Assembly (NCBI GenBank): GCA_030704615.1
Contig: CM060732.1
Span: 82,460,001-82,524,000 of the forward strand
DNA from: Takakia lepidozioides
Taxonomy: Eukaryota > Plantae > Bryophyta
Reading direction: 5' to 3'
DNA length: 64,000 bases
Shown here: piece after piece, positions 23,078-36,154 of the stretch
How positions within the stretch are numbered: the first letter of the stretch is position 1
Layout: every line of letters begins with the position of its first letter
The notes under the pieces: generated by a model
Seen by the model: the letters and a program-made list of their open reading frames with translations, nothing else
Told to the model about the DNA's origin: nothing
Databases searched by the model: none
Made by a program: the position numbers and the translations under genes

Positions 23078-24994
23078 ACCGCCACTACAGGTTTAAGGTT
23101 TTTGGCTACACTACTGAAAGTTTCGCCTCACTGAATTGGCGCAAATGTACTGTACAAATGCACCAGTCCTCTATACTCGCTTATGGTTTTATTCTGTTTT
23201 GAAAACATATAACTCCTATGACCGAGGTTTAAAAACATAAAACTCCCATGACCGTGGATTGTGCTCACGCGAGCCTGCTCATGTGAGCATGCACACGCTG
23301 TGATCACAGGATACCAACCCCCCGTGTGATCCAATAGAAAAAGGGAGCAAGTAATTAATTGTTTTAGCAATTTTGTGTGTGGTCCAATAGGAAAAAACGC
23401 CCATGTGGGCATAAACCATAAACCACCCTGTGAGGCGGATAGAAACCGGGTAGGGTGCGGGTATCGTTAGAGGCTTGGGTTCAAGATAGGGTCCGGCTTG
23501 GGTAGGACGCAACTAAATACCTCACCAATAGGGCCCAGGTCAGGGTGTCATGCAATTGGCGGGCCACGTTATATACCTGGACCCTGATATACCCCCTTGG
23601 TAGGGTATATATTATACCCGCCCCTATACCCGCCCAACATTGGTTCACATCCTGCTTCCTGGTTGGGTGTGGTATGATCATATGATCTTCTCCCTACTTC
23701 CCTTGAGTCCAAGCCTGTGATTTTCTCCTCTAACTTTAAAAAAAAATGGAATTATGAGGATTGAGATAGCAATGGGAGAGAGATGGAGCGCTCCATGGTT
23801 TGCGGTGAGAGAGGCCAACGGCTCCATCGTCCCGCTCGTTCGGCTCGTTTACTCCGCACGCGTACTCGGCTCCACCTTCACACAGTTCTTTTCAAGAGTA
23901 ACAAAGCACATAGTCCTCTCGCTTTCAACCGAGGAATCCTTGGAAGGTCTCAATCTTAAAACTTAACTCTTCTCAAGCCAAGTTAGGTACAAAGCGACTG
24001 TCTAAGGCTCAGGATGGTTTCTCCGGCCTGATCCAAAGCCTGACATTTGGTGTGATCTCCTCATCATAACTGGGATCATCACCCGGTCCTAGGCATCTCA
24101 GCCCCGTACCTCGTGCATCATTTTGTGCCATCATAAACCCTTACCCTCCCCTGGATGTCTCTCCAAGACGCTCGTCCCTCAACAGTTTGCCCGACGAATC
24201 TCACCTTATTCATCCTCCAAGTAGGCTTGATAACCTGTGCTGAATTTATGCTCTAATCCCCTCCCCTTAATGATCAGCCGCCATAATCCTAAGACCCTCT
24301 CCCATTTTTCCTTTATCAACAAACTCCATCCAATCAGCTCCCTCCTCCTGCCATCTATGTTATGATCACTGGCAAACTCTGGCCTTGGATAACTAATAGC
24401 CGTCACACTCACTAAAGTCACCCCCCGACCTCCCACTGCAGCTGCTCCAGCCTCGAAGGCCACTGTCTATCTCCAGCTGCTTCCCGCTTCCGACTCAGCT
24501 GTTTACGGATCTCTCTCTCATCAGCGCGCCTCTTTGCTCCCTCACATCGGCTGCTCTCTTGGTTCGAGCTCGCGTTATCTCTCCTTCAGTCTCTCTTGTC
24601 TGCTCCAAAATACCCATGGCTCCCCTTCTCAACAAATCCCTCAAGTCTGCTCCCACCAGATCGGGACCACCCAGATTTTACGATCCAAGTCATCTCCACC
24701 CCTCTACTGGGACAGGCTTCTTCTTAGCACACCAATCTCACTCTTTGGGCCTCACATCGCCGAGAAATGCAAGCCAATCCGGGTCTACAATGCCAGGACC
24801 AGCAGGGGAACGTACTCGGCCCCAGCAAACATGATTCACGATTACATGAACTCCAAGCTCTCCAATTAAACCCCCAGCCAGCCCGCCATCTGATCCTTTT
24901 GAAGGGCCATTCTACGACTTGGCAGCTCTGCAGCTGGCCATGAGTAAGGACAACCCACACATCCCCATTGAGGCGCTTTATCAAGTGAATTCTA

Positions 24995-27372
24995 ATGTTG
25001 CACATTGAGAGCAAGGGAGTCCTACTACACTTCCCTGGCAAAAAAGTGCGCAGATCCCAAGCACGAGATTGGGCCATTCGGCATCTTGGTGGGTCGGGAG
25101 ACCTTCGGCATCATTTCTGCCATCCGAGGGGTCGGGGATTCTTCTCCATCCTATTTGACTCTACAGAAGCAGCTGATAAAGCCTTCGGATTCAATCCTCA
25201 TCACATGGGTACAATGTCAACATCTTCCCTTGGTCCAAGAATATGGGCAACAAAAATGGCAAAATTTGGAGCCCTCAGATCATCACGCTCCCCTATATCC
25301 CAGATCAACATATGTTCTCACTTCCAGAGATTGGTAACTTTTTTGGAGCGTATTTGGAATGTTTGGCGGTCTTTGACCCCAATATGTGCACGGCTTCTTT
25401 AAAGGAAATTCCAGCTTGGAGGAGAACTACTATTGCATCAAGAGCTCATGAAGATGGTTTTGCCAAAATTGTGGTGGTTATGCCTCATGACAAGGTCCTG
25501 CCAGAATTCATTAACCTGCCAATAGACGATCAAGGCAACTTCTTTTCAGTCAAAGTATATGAAGACGCTGCCTCTTCGGCTTGTTATTATTGTGGGCAGT
25601 CTGGTCACCTCAGGGCAGCTTGCCCATTAGCCAAAAGGAAAAGAATGGACATTAATCAAGCAATGCATGGGCAGTCAACCCTTATGCAAAATTTTGTTCC
25701 TATTCCAAACCCCCACCCAGCGGACCTACACTTCAACACACACCCCCAAGAGAAAACCAACCCTCTATCAGGGCAGGACTTGTACAACAAAGAATGGGTC
25801 TTGGACATCAAACAGGTCTCATCATCCCCACCCGCCAAGAGAAAGAAGGAGACATTTGACCCCATGATCCTGGAAGCTGTCTGTGGTCTGCGGACAATTT
25901 GCAAACGGGCAAGGTACTAATCAACTGGGAGCGTGAGGCCACGAGCATCTAAATCTCGTCTTCAACAAGGATCGTCAAGGCACAACCTGCTCTAGCCCCT
26001 CTCCCAATTCCAGACATGATAAGATGGGAGATGGAAGCTGCAAAAAACAAGCTGCAAAAAACAAGGGGAAGGTCAACCCCAACATTCTCAAGAGGCCACC
26101 AGTGGAACATAAACCCACTCCCACTCCCCGCTCCTCCCCTGTGGCGCACAACCCAGAAATTGCAGCATTCTGTGCCAAGCTTGGATCCTTCCCCAACTTG
26201 GCTTTAAAAGGATGCTCACTTCTCAGTTCCAGGAGGGACCCGGTGGCCACTTGTCTCACTCCCATGATTTTCAGAAGGAAACCGGCTCCTGCTTTCCTGA
26301 TCACGGCTAGAGACAACATGAATTTTGAATCCATCTGGATTTCTGTACAGGACATTCACACCTTTTTGTCCAAGAGACCTATGGATAGCAGTCCCATTCC
26401 CACTATGTGCACCAAGATTCAGGTTTTTTCTCTCTCCAATTTTCCACTCTTCTCTCTCCTCTCCCACTCAGCAGTCACTTGGGGTTCGTACACTGAATCC
26501 TTCCCAGGTTTGCATCCACACCTTACCCACAACACCAATATCCTTGCTCTCATGGATGAAGCTGACCTCCTCAACACTAGTGGCACCACGCCAGGAGTCT
26601 GGGCGGAACTGGACCACTTCCAAGAATCCTACATCCCCAGCAAGGCGTTAACCAGATCCTATGACAACTTGCACAATGCCTTTACAGTGCTACACACTAT
26701 CCTTGAAACGGAGAGGCATGAGGAGAATGAAGAAATTGAAAGGCAGCGCATGGCCGGACTTCATCAATCCGACATACGACCCTTTTGGTTCCCTCTCAAC
26801 ATCCAGCTCCTCCGACCTGCAGATCTCACAGTTCTTGTCGCAACCTCTGACCTCCTCCCAGCCTCCTTTCGAGCCCTCGTTGCCCCCCTCTCCTTGCAAC
26901 TCAGCTGCCTTCTCCAACACCTGCTCCAATCTCTCCTCCCCTTATTTTTGTAAGTCCACCCCCTCCACCGCAATCAATTCCTGTTCTTATTTTTTCTCTC
27001 AACCTTGCTCTGGCCAATAGATGTTCTATTCTTTGCCTTCACACGGATATCTCCCCCGGGCCATTCAAAGGTAAAAAGTGGAAAATTCTACCGTCCATTC
27101 CCTACCCTTCTTCCTTCCACGACCTCACCTCAATCCATGGCTCTGGTAACCTTACCATCCAAACCCCAGTCTCCATAAAAACAAGGCTTCACAAGACTGA
27201 CAGGTTCATACCTCTTGATTGCTCCGGTGCCCAACTTTTTCACCTGACTAGTACCCTGGTCATGTATGTTCAGCTCAAGGACCCCATTCACGAATCCCCC
27301 CGATACCACCTCTGGTCCCCTTCCCTTCTGCCCTCAGACAAAAGAACCAAATATTTCCAGGCCATCAAATGA
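24995..27372 (+). pseudogene. LINE ORF1 (RRM-like region, CCHC knuckle, long unknown C-terminal part)
   Basis: GRGFFSILFDS (DUF4283-like), CYYCGQSGHLRAAC; coding-like frames continue to TGA at ~27372. Confidence 0.65.
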
Positions 27373-27404
27373 GTCTTCAGCCCTCAGCCTGTCCTCCACC
27401 ACCA

Positions 27405-30400
27405 ATGCAGGTTAGCTTGTCATCATGAAACATTCGGGGTCTTGGTTCTGACCAGATGGCCCTTAAAAAAGTCAAGCTTTCAGCTTGGCTAAGCCCCCTT
27501 ATCCCTTCTCAAGCGATAGTTTTCCTTCAGGAACATAAGCTCTGCGATAGGAAAATACACAATCTCACCAATCAGCTGTGGCCCAAATCTGCGTCTCTTT
27601 GGAAACCCTCTTATGAGGGAACTAAAGGAAGTACAACCATCCTCCTCTCCCCTTCCCTCTTTCAATTTATAGTCAAAGAAGAGATTTGGGAACCAGGCGG
27701 AGCCCAGTTTTTCTCCCTCCAGCTCCCTAATGACTTCGAACCCTTAGGATCTACGCTCCAAACGATTCTCTAGATAGAGCAGCCTTTTGGGACAACATAA
27801 GCTCCCTTAAGTCGCAACAATATAACATTGGTAAATGGATTCTAGCTGGAGACTTTAACATGGTGGAAAACGAATGTGACAGATTAGGCAGAGGCTCTCA
27901 TAACCTCAACCCTGCTGAAGATCGGGCCTGGCAATGCTTAACTCAAACCCACAGTCTTGCTGAAGTGGACATGCCTCCACATAATCCAGCTTCTTCAAGC
28001 CCCTTCTTTACCTGTACAAACAATAGAGGAGTTAATGACCTTTGCATGGCTAGACTAGACAGATTCTACACCTCCATCTCTCTTGCGCCAGGAACCTACA
28101 GATGCCCTCAAGAACCGATTCACTTTGGTTTCGATCACGCCTTAGTTACTGCCACCCTAACACTACCCAACTCACACCCCAGAGGCAGAGGGATCTTCAA
28201 ACTCAACGCTTCCCACCTTAAGATAGCCTCCTTCACTGAAGGCCTCAAGAATGCCTGGCTATCTACAGGCAACCACTCTCCATGCCCAATTCTAAGGTTC
28301 CAAGCCAAGCTTGCTGCCGCATGCAATATTAGTCAAATCCTGAGTAAAGAAATCGCAGATGCTCGCAAAGGAAGGAACTAGCCTTGAAAAAATTCCTTGG
28401 AATTTGTCAGAGGAAAATAGAGGCTCGTACCTGTGATGCCCATACCTTTTAAACGTACCTTGAAGCTCGCCTCAATCTTGACAACTACCAGCTTCTCCAA
28501 AAAAACAAAATGAGGATGTAAGCTAGAATTAACTGGTCTACCAAGGGTAAAAAAATGTACAAATATTTTTTCCAAAAAGTAAAGCAGCGAAGGGCCAACC
28601 AAACCATTTCCCAGCTTCACATTGATCCCAAGGGTACCTTGTCTTCCAGCCCTAGACTTATGTGTGCGTCCGCGTTTACTCACTTCACTACACTGTTTCA
28701 GGCTGACCCAAATGATGCTTCATACCCAGACAGACTTCAAGACTGTCTTACTTCTATTCCCCTTAAGTTTAAGCCAGAGGACTCTACCTCGCTACAGGAA
28801 GACCTCTCCCCGCAAGAGCTTGAAGAAGCTCTTAAGGCCATGAACAACAACAAGGCGCCTCGGCTTGATGGCATGCCAATAGAATTCTACAAGACCCTTT
28901 GGACTACCATCTCCAAAGATTTTTGTGATATGGCAAACGCCATCAAGGCCCAAGGATTCATGCCAGAATCCATGAACCAGGGGGTTACCGCTTTGCTTTA
29001 CAAGATAGGAGATAGGACATGTCTAGGCAACTACAGGCCCATTACCTTACTCAATGTATTGCTAAAGCCCTGGCTCTTCGTATCCAGCCTCTTCTCCCTT
29101 CTATGATAAGGCCGGGGCAAGCTGGCTACATCAAAGGCAGGTACATCCTAGATAATGTTCTACTGTCTCAAGAAGCTAACATCTATGCTGCCAACACGGG
29201 TCAAGCTTTGGCCCTTGGCTGTTAGACTTCGAAAAGGCCTTTGACAGGGTAGATTGGTCTTTCTTGCTGGCAGTCCTCAAAAAGATAGGCCTTCCACCTT
29301 TCTTTTGTCAATGGGTTCAGATCCTATTACAGGGGGCTAGTAGCAGAGTCATAGTCAACGGACACCTTACCAAACCCTTTCTACTTCAAAGGTCTGTAAG
29401 GCAAGGCTGCCCGCTGGCTCCCTTCCTGTTCCTCTTTGTGGTAGATGCTCTAGGATACATGTTAGACGACAACCCTCTGGTGAAAGGCCTCAATCTAGTT
29501 AACCCCAAAACCAACCTTGCAAGACACGTAAAGGACTCCATGTTCGTCGATGACACCTTTCTCTTACTGCAGGCATATCACTCCTCCCTTGTAGCAGCAA
29601 AAAATACCCTATCTCGATTTTGCAGAGTTTCTGGGTTTGAAGTCAATTGGTCCAAAACCAAAGCTCTACTTCTAGGGGACACCTCCAAGTCCACAATTGG
29701 AATTGCCCCCACTTGGGGAGATCACTTGGGCCTACTTTGGGTCAAACACGGAGAGCCTACCAAGCTGCTTGGCCACACATTTGGTATCAACCTCACTGAA
29801 GATCAACGCATAGCTCCTACAGTTCAAAAACTCAAACGCCATTTAACCTACTGGGGTTCTTGCCACCTCTCCATCACTGGTAGGGCTCTGGTAGCCAACC
29901 AGATCCTCTTGGCAAGAGTATGGTACTTTGCCTCCACATGGGGACCAGAATAAAAAATCATTAAGGAGGTCAAAAGGTTAATCCGGAATTTCATCTGGGG
30001 TGCCAAATCCTCGGCGGAAGGCAAAAGACCTCAAGTCTCTTGGGCCCAAATATGCCTCCCCAAAAAGATGGGTGGACTGGGTGTGCTTGATCCAGAAAAA
30101 TAAATCATGTCACTACTAGGAAAATGGATCCCAAGATACCTTGGACTAGAAGGTGGATGGTGGAAACTTATGGTATCGGAGACCATCTTTTCATCCTCCC
30201 CTCTTAAAAGCGTCATCTGGCCTGCATCCAGCCACTGGATTGTTCAAGGCTTCAATCTTAAGTTCACTGACTCTCCTCTCTGGTCTTCCATCTGAAATCT
30301 TGGAACTGCCTAAGATGTTTTCTGTCAAAACAGGAGCCTACCACTTTCTCTGAAACATTGAGGCAACATCTGTTCCTAAATACCCCAGCCCCTTCAATGG

Positions 30401-31720
30401 AGGATCGAGGGTTGGCAAAGAGATGGGCAACTTGGGAATCCAGGGGGTATTCTTCTGTCAAACATCTCTGGGAGAGCACCCCTCAATCCCTTCAACAAGC
30501 TCTAGGCTCTACGAGACTCCGCTCTGGAATTCAACTCATTATCCAATCAATACCGGACTCATGGAAGCTGCTGCTCAAAGATGGCCCTGAACAACTTAGA
30601 CCTCACCAGTGGGTGCTAGCAAACCCCCCTTCCCTGGAGGTTCTCTACATTGCTGAGGTCTCACAGGCACTCATAACAGGGTTTTGTTTCCAGGCGGATG
30701 ACCTCTCATGTCGTCTCTCCTTTATGGGTAGGGACACTGTCATTCTCCCACCTATCAATGTCTCCCATGCTAGAATCTGTCATTGGTCCACACTTGAAAA
30801 AACATTCAACCCGGTCGCCCCCAGAGGAACTCCCATCCTTTCCTGGTTACAAAAAGAAACCTTTGTCTTATTCGGGAACTCGGGCATCAGTTCGTTGCAA
30901 CTGGACCCCGCTGAATGGACTTGGTCTTTCCAGGATGAACAACAACCTTTCTTCGCCTACTTGGCCAAAAGAGGCTACAGAGCTCTGCTGAGTGCCAGGC
31001 CCCTATTCACGAAGTGGAATGACAAATGGAGTCACGAAGGTTTCAGGGAAGAGGACTGGAAAGGGATATGGGCTCAAGTATGGGAAAAAACGAAATCAGC
31101 CAAGATTAGTGCCTTTCTTTGGCAAGTGGCAAACAAAGTTTTCAAGGTAGGCCAGTACCTGAATTTTGACGAGGCACTACTCTGTCAATGCTGTTCCACT
31201 CAAACCATTGAATCACTGGAGCATTGTCTAAGTCATTGCCAAGCACCCCGCACCATTTGGCCTTTGGTTCGGACCTTCTACAGACCTTGGGATGTCATGC
31301 TTTCCACTTCAGTCAACATTCTCCTCAACTACAATCAACAAGGAAAATCCAGGGCTTCTGTCTGTCCAGTCTTTGAAACGCTAAGAGGAGCAGTGCTTTG
31401 GAATCTGTGGAAAAGTCGTTGTGCTTGGACCCTCAATAGTGAGAACAGTAATGCTACGACAATCCTCACTATGGTCTTTTTTTTATCTTACAATTGCTGC
31501 TAAGAAAGCTTGGGCCCAACTGTGTGCAGCAATTGCCAGGAAGCCCGAGTGCAAGTTCGCCCTACTCTAGACTTTCAGATCCACTTGGGCCAACAACGGA
31601 TTTGTCGCTGCAATCACGATCTCACCTGTTCATGGGCAGACAATATCCCCTCCTGCTAGCAGGGGTACAGAAATCACTTATTCGGCTTCCCCGGAATTTG
31701 AGTGCTCTGAAGTCAATTGG
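27405..31720 (+). pseudogene. LINE ORF2 (endonuclease-RT-zinc motif)
   Basis: S*NIRGLG, FLQEHK, AGDFN, ARLDRFY, FDH, KAPRLDG, NYRPITLLN, DFEKAFD, RQGCPLAP, FVDD, CQCC...ESLEHCLSHC. Confidence 0.93.
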
Positions 31721-32357
31721 AAGCATGTCAGATTGTCCTCCTCTGCTCGTCTTCACTTCCATAGATAAACAACTTGCTCGAAAATCCCTTCTGTCTCCTT
31801 GATCCGTTCCTGACTACTCCACTTCATCGCTCCCATCCCTCCCTCCCTCTCTCTCTCACCGTTGCTCCGTTCAGTCCGACTTCCAGCCTTAGATCCTGCA
31901 ACGATGTCCACAATCGCCTACAGGTCTTCGTCTTCATCTCCCCAATGGCAGTTTAGCCACTATTTCTCCAAAGCATGGACTTGTCTCTCTAGCACCTAGG
32001 AGTATCCGCTAGGCCATTTTAGTCCTAGCTTTGGTGCCACGGTTTCATAGTGTCTTGTTTCTCACTTATTGATCGAGGGTCATCCTACTCGGCTTGCCGT
32101 GTGAACATGCCTTATGGCAGCCTACGGGCATTCAAGGGTTTTAATTTTTTTCCCTTCAAATAACCTTCAATAAAATTCATCCAGGGCATCCCCCCTGTTC
32201 TAAAAAATAATAATAATAATAATAATAATTATTATGATTTTGTTTTTGAAATTATGATTTCAATCCTTCCCCTTTTAATTTATTGTTATTTATGAAAAAC
32301 AAAAAGGGGAAAAGGCTGACATCAATTCTAAGGAAGGTGTACTTAAATTATGGTGTG

Positions 32358-32524
32358 TCCTGACAACCAAGTTGTAGCCAAGTGGTAATGGGCACATACC
32401 ACCTTGGGAGTGGTTGTGGGTTCAATCCAGCGAATGGTGTCACAAAGATGTCCACCTTCCTGTTGGAAGGCAGTAGCCCTTCGGACACCATAATTTATGC
32501 TTCCTTGGGGAGGTGTCATATATT
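32358..32524 (+). mobile_element. tRNA-derived SINE-like sequence
   Basis: Pol III A box TAGCCAAGTGG (32375-32385) and B box GGTTCAATCC (32419-32428); flanked by direct repeat ATTATGGTGTG (32347-32357 and 32525-32535). Confidence 0.5.
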
Positions 32525-33679
32525 ATTATGGTGTGCCTTCCTTTCGAGGGACTATTGGCTTCCCTTAGAAGGTGGGACACTTTGAACCCTAGATCACCTA
32601 GGTTACTCCTCTAACTGGCTTGATTTGCCCTTTTATATATACTTAGGGTCAGATGTTTCCATTTTCAAGCAGGAGCAGTTCTGCCCAATTTCAAGGCCGG
32701 TTCCATGCTCAGATTGGGCCAGCCTCTAAAACTTGTACGGGGGAGGTGTCACAATTCAAAGTTCCCCTTTCTGGCGCAAAATAAAAATAAAAATAAAAAA
32801 ATGATTGAAAACAAAGTACGAAAATCAGTAAAGGATCAAATCATTTAATCACTTAATCCACTTTTAAGCCAATATCTCTACCCAGATTTTCCATACTCAA
32901 TCCATGATACGTCATGATGCAGGGGGTCATCCATATTTCCCATGAGGCAATCCCGCACGATGGATGAATAATACATGCAATGGATGTACGAATAAGTATT
33001 CAGGTCCGTTCTTGGCAGTTAGCCCCAGAACGCAAAACCAGAACCAGGAACGGAATTCGCCACAGAAGCCGAAGTGACGTGGACGGAATACGCGTAGTGG
33101 CGGACGGTAAACCATGATGGAAGAGCGCGGTGGTTCCGTCACGTCACCGTACCGCCGTCTTCTCCAACTGTCGTTAACGGTATCTCCCCCGCAATTTACG
33201 CTGCGCAATCACCGGGAGGCTTATCCACCTTCCCGCCATCTTTTCTCTTCTCGTCTCTCTCTCTCTCCCTCTGTCTTTCGTGTCTGTTTTGTGTGCATCA
33301 GTCTCCTCAATCGCGTGTAGTCGCTGTGAATTTGTGTAAGTCTTGCACTGTCTCTCTGTCTCTTTGTAGCGGGCATTTTCTGACAGGATTCGCACCAGCT
33401 CAGATACCCTTCTCTCTGTGGTGATACGTCTTTAACACTTCTTTTCCACCTACACTCTCTCTCTTGGGATCTCTCTCTGCACTCGTCTCCTACACTCAAC
33501 CAGGCATTCACTTTCTCATATTGATTTCGGACACGCTCCTCTGTTGGCTGACATACATACTCCATACATACTGCGCTCTCGATCAGTAGATTTCTCGGAG
33601 AGAGAGCTCCCGCAGCTGTCTCTGCATCTAGTCTAGATACATTTGGCCCCTGTGTGGGCTGGCATCATAATTTATTACA

Positions 33680-36154
33680 ATGGGGGCGGAGCATGCAAGA
33701 ATAGTTATGTTTATATGGGCCATGACATCCATGGCGAGACTTGCAGATGGGTTTGCCCTTCGGGGAGCACATCAAAATGCAGGGGAACAAAGTAGACCGC
33801 AGAGAGGGCATCGCGCGGCGCCGATTAGGCCTGGGGGTGGGGGAACTAGAGCCCCACCTTCGACGGGCGCCGGGGATGCTGCTCAAGTGTGGCAGACAGC
33901 ACATGCCACTTTCTATGGTGGCAGCGATGCTTCTGGGACAATGGGTATGCCGCTTCATAACTCACTACTTGCCTCGCAAATTAAGCTGTTGAAGATCAGA
34001 TGTTCTATTTCCGCATCATTCAATCAGCTGTGATGAATTTAAGGAGACGTACCTACAGTGTATCCTGCAGTTATCTGACTGCTAAAACAAGAAATCAAGA
34101 ACCTAATGAATTGACTCTCGGGAAAGGCTTTACATGTCGCTTACAATGAAACTGTCCTCTCTAGATCTAACCCTGGCTGACCTGCACCATATTCTTGTCC
34201 CCGAGAGACTCTACAGATCGGACTGGCAGCTTTTCTCCATAATCTCTAGTGTGCTCAAGGAAATCAGACCCTTCACATTGGCAATCTCAGATTAATAATT
34301 TAGAAGGTTGTATAATGTTAAGGGATGCTACAAAACATGGTTGGCTAGTGTACATCGTGACGTTTGCTGGATTCATGGGGTGGACCAACCAAGATTAGGG
34401 AAACTTGGCTACCATTTCTTTCAACTTACCTGTGGGGCCCGGGCATTCGATTTTCCAACAGACCCACCAGCGACAGTATTGCATGTCTGATAATCCCGTA
34501 GCAAATGTTCTAAAGCCATCTTTGAAGAGAAAGTGAACGGGGTTTTGAATTGTTCTGAGACCTGCTTACTTTACAGTCTGTTTGTGTAAATGAGGAGAGG
34601 ATTAATATTGGGTCTGTGATTTGCGACTGTCAGTCTCCAGCTGCCACTCAATCTTTGCCCAAAAGAGCATCAGCTTTCCAACGTCTTGTAAATAATCTGA
34701 CTGAGCCTGGATCTGAGCATCTTGAGACTTCTAGGGGCAAACGTCCAACAGAGAGCAGATAGCCCCGGATTCTCCTTCCCTAACTATGTGCAATTTCCAA
34801 GTTCGAGCTCATCACAAGGCCTGGCATGCAGGACACAAGTTGAATAAAAGAAGGTCCTCTCATCCCCCCTGCCTTCAAGGGCATTGTGGAACGATTCCTC
34901 CAGCATTAGTATGCAGTCAAGGACTTGGTTCTCTACATAGGTGTTTACTGCTGGGCGTCAATTTGGGCCGTGCGCAGATGCATAACATGCAGAGGCTTTC
35001 TGATTGCAGTCCTATTTTCATACTCCATGAATTCTCTTCTCTCTCCCCCCTCCCCTCCTTTCCTGCATGGCTCTTCTACCCTCCTTTCGCTTGCCATTCC
35101 TTCTTCCCTTTATTCTCTTACTCCCTCTTGTGGAGTTGCAATATTCCTCCTGGCTTTCACTTGAGCCCCAGGTGACATTCAGATGGAGTAGTCTTTCTTG
35201 TGAAGAAGACAGCGCTCTTAAAGAACTTCAAAACTTTCGTTTGAATTTGGAACTTCTATCTTTAGACACAACAACCTGACAAACCATGATGGCGAAGTGA
35301 CAAACTCGGCTGACTGCTTGTAGGTGGTGCATGTGGATATGGGGATCTATATTCCCAAGGTTATGGCATTCAAAACGCGGCATTGAGCACCGCTTTGTTC
35401 AACAATGGACAGTCCTGTGGAGCATGCTTTGCGATTCGTTGTGTCGATTCCCCACACTGCTATGCACAGAGCCCCACTGTGACCGTAACGGCCACCAATT
35501 TCTGCCCTCCCAATATGGCCCTTCCCAATGACAATGGCGGGTGGTGCAACCCTCCATTAGAGCACTTTGACATTGTCTTCCCGTTCAGTTCAAAAGGTGG
35601 GTGACAGTGAGCTCAGTCTTTAACTGTTGGCCTCGGAATTTCGGGTCCTTAAGGTCAGTCTCTAGGGCATAATTTCTTATCGATGTCATCTAGTACTTTC
35701 GTCTAGGGTGCCTTTGATGGTGTGTGGACTCCGTATCTCTATTCCTCAACTGGCAAAGGTTTACAGTCATTAGGCATCTGGCCACAAGCATGACATCCCA
35801 CTCTCTTTCAGACCTCTTAACAGTCTATAAGTGAATTCCATTTGCAGGGTATCGTGTACCAAAGAAGGCGGGATACGTTACACAATAAATGGCCATGATT
35901 ACTTCAACCTGATCTTGATCACCAATGTGGGAGGTGCTGGCGATGTCACTGCTGTTTCCATCAAAGGCTCAGAAACTGAATGGATCCCCCTGAACCGCAA
36001 CTGGGGGATGAATTGGCAGACTGGGGCCCGGCTCACAGGCCAGGCCCTCTCATTTCAAGTGACAACAAGTGATGGCAGAACTCTGATCGCCACTGACGCC
36101 GTGCCCTCCGACTGGACATACGGCCAAACCTTTGAAGGTGGCCAGTTCGTTTGA
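33680..36154 (+). CDS. Alpha-expansin (EXPA family), exons 33680-33944, 35324-35596, 35848-36154; deletion in exon 2, possible pseudogene
   Basis: Signal peptide, [48 protein letters not shown]; GT-AG introns at the conserved expansin positions. Confidence 0.88.

Larger units (their letters stand above)
23900..32230 (+). mobile_element. Near full-length L1-clade LINE (decayed); 5' boundary approximate
   Basis: ORF1 with zinc knuckle, ORF2 with APE endonuclease, RT and C-terminal zinc motif, AATAAA at ~32169 and a (TAA)n tail at 32201-32229. Confidence 0.88.

Noticed and set aside
23445-23640. GGGT/ACCC-rich imperfect fold-back
   Set aside because: Probably a MITE remnant, but I could not define TIRs or a TSD.
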